From Bacteroidales bacterium (GTDB lineage Bacteria; Bacteroidota; Bacteroidia; Bacteroidales; JAGOPY01): a stretch of DNA of 54,967 nt. The position numbers were made by a program, and so were the translations under genes. The stretch covers positions 1 through 54,967 of the forward strand of contig JAWOHY010000242.1 of NCBI GenBank assembly GCA_046484945.1, written 5' to 3'. Each line of letters begins with the position of its first letter. Within the stretch, counting starts at the first letter, position 1. A model generated the notes under the pieces. The model saw nothing but the letters and a program-made list of their open reading frames with translations, ran no database searches and was not told the DNA's origin. Positions 54,055-54,967 of the stretch are shown here, piece by piece.

Positions 54055-54967
54055 ATGAAAAAGCGATTACTATTAAATACTGGAAAAGCCGGTCAGCGCT
54101 ATTTCCCCACACAATGGGCATTATTCTGTTTGTTTCTTTTCACAATTTTGTTTTCAGGACTGATATCCATTTCACAGCCTGTTGTAACTGTCAGGTTTGC
54201 CAACCCGGAGTATGATTGCGTCACCCAAATGTATACCGTTGATGTTGAATTTCAGTCGGATACACCTGATAAGCAGTTATATGGGATGAACGTGCGTTTC
54301 TTTTATAATGATTATGACCTGGAATTTATTTCATTTGGAGAGTTTGTTACCGGGTATGGAGCGGTAAGTCCAAACCCGCCTTATGTAACTACTTCGACTG
54401 CATATGGTGGTGAGCTTCTATTCGGTTTTGATGGCCCGTATGAATATATCAACGGGGCCATCCAGAAAACAGGGTCAACTTCCTTAACCCTTTCCACGAC
54501 CTCATGGACGAAGATATTTAACATGAGTTTTTTGATCGATGACCCCGAGTCTTTCAATTCCGGTAATTTTTGCCCGAGCCTTGTGTGGGATTTAAAAGAA
54601 GATGGTTCAGGAGGGATAAGTGCCGGGATAATAATCACGCTTGTGCAAGGATCGGGTTCTACACAGGCCACCCCGGCAGTCGTTCAGTTCAACTGGGCAT
54701 ATGGTGGGTCACCGGGATTTCATGGTAATCCAGTCGAAACCGATTGTATTTCCACCATCTGCGGGATTGCCCCGGCAACCAATCTGCCCTTAAGTAACAT
54801 TATGGCTCCTGGTATGGTAGATATCCCTGTTTGGGTAACAGATTTTAATGATATTACTGAATTTACACTGGCCTTTGAGTATGATCCGGCGGTCATGACA
54901 TATAGTAATTTCACACCCCATACTTCCTTTAATGGTGCGCTGGTGGTCACAGATGTTTCCGGTACCG
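54055..54967 (+). CDS. Secreted protein with cohesin-like modules, 3' end cut by window edge
   Basis: Not in the ORF track because no stop is reached. My translation from ATG 54055 is open to the window end (MKKRLLLNTGKAGQRYFPTQWALFCLFLFTILFSGLISISQPVVTVRF...). The second module begins ...APGMVDIPVWVTDFNDITEFTLAFEYDPAVMTYSNF, a cohesin-like pattern. Confidence 0.6.
   Translation, partial: MKKRLLLNTGKAGQRYFPTQWALFCLFLFTILFSGLISISQPVVTVRFANPEYDCVTQMYTVDVEFQSDTPDKQLYGMNVRFFYNDYDLEFISFGEFVTGYGAVSPNPPYVTTSTAYGGELLFGFDGPYEYINGAIQKTGSTSLTLSTTSWTKIFNMSFLIDDPESFNSGNFCPSLVWDLKEDGSGGISAGIIITLVQGSGSTQATPAVVQFNWAYGGSPGFHGNPVETDCISTICGIAPATNLPLSNIMAPGMVDIPVWVTDFNDITEFTLAFEYDPAVMTYSNFTPHTSFNGALVVTDVSGT

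Overview
This is a Bacteroidota-type chromosomal segment. The evidence is SusC/SusD pairs, several T9SS C-terminal sorting domains, TAnnTTTG -7 promoter boxes and no obvious Shine-Dalgarno use. Gene density is about 90%.

**Housekeeping genes.** The left half carries gcvT (5'-truncated), a GC-rich transglutaminase-like gene, pheS, a cyclophilin, tdk, rsmI and mrdA-rodA. It also holds a conserved envelope cluster (coaX, beta-barrel OMP, TPR protein, lptC, CNNM/CorC, PpiD-like) and tRNA-Phe. The right end carries an aromatic-amino-acid-decarboxylase-like gene overlapping ubiE, an HtrA-like protease, an M16 peptidase, an AbgT transporter and a cohesin-like gene cut by the window edge.

**Accessory content.**
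- Two T9SS cargo genes, one of them a cutinase/PETase-like esterase.
- A decayed REPtron-like locus: hairpin repeat arrays in inverted orientation around a truncated RayT/IS200-like transposase remnant.
- A small AT-rich islet with a DUF3800 gene next to tRNA-Phe.
- A 9-gene beta-glucan (laminarin-type) PUL at 25450-44319, minus strand. In order it encodes a Y_Y_Y/LuxR membrane regulator, a PKD surface protein, GH16, SusC, SusD, GH3, an MFS sugar porter, a clan GH-A enzyme and a cytoplasmic GH94-like phosphorylase.

**Non-coding signal.** The most unusual one is a dispersed family of period-7 T-rich microsatellites (GTTTCTT / GGTTCTT / GTTTAAG / TTTGAAT) in intergenic regions. It includes a near-identical promoter-leader module shared by the coaX and ppiD-like operons.

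**Not found.** I saw no CRISPR array, rRNA, integrase or clear defense operon. All family assignments rest on motif recognition by eye; no searches were run.
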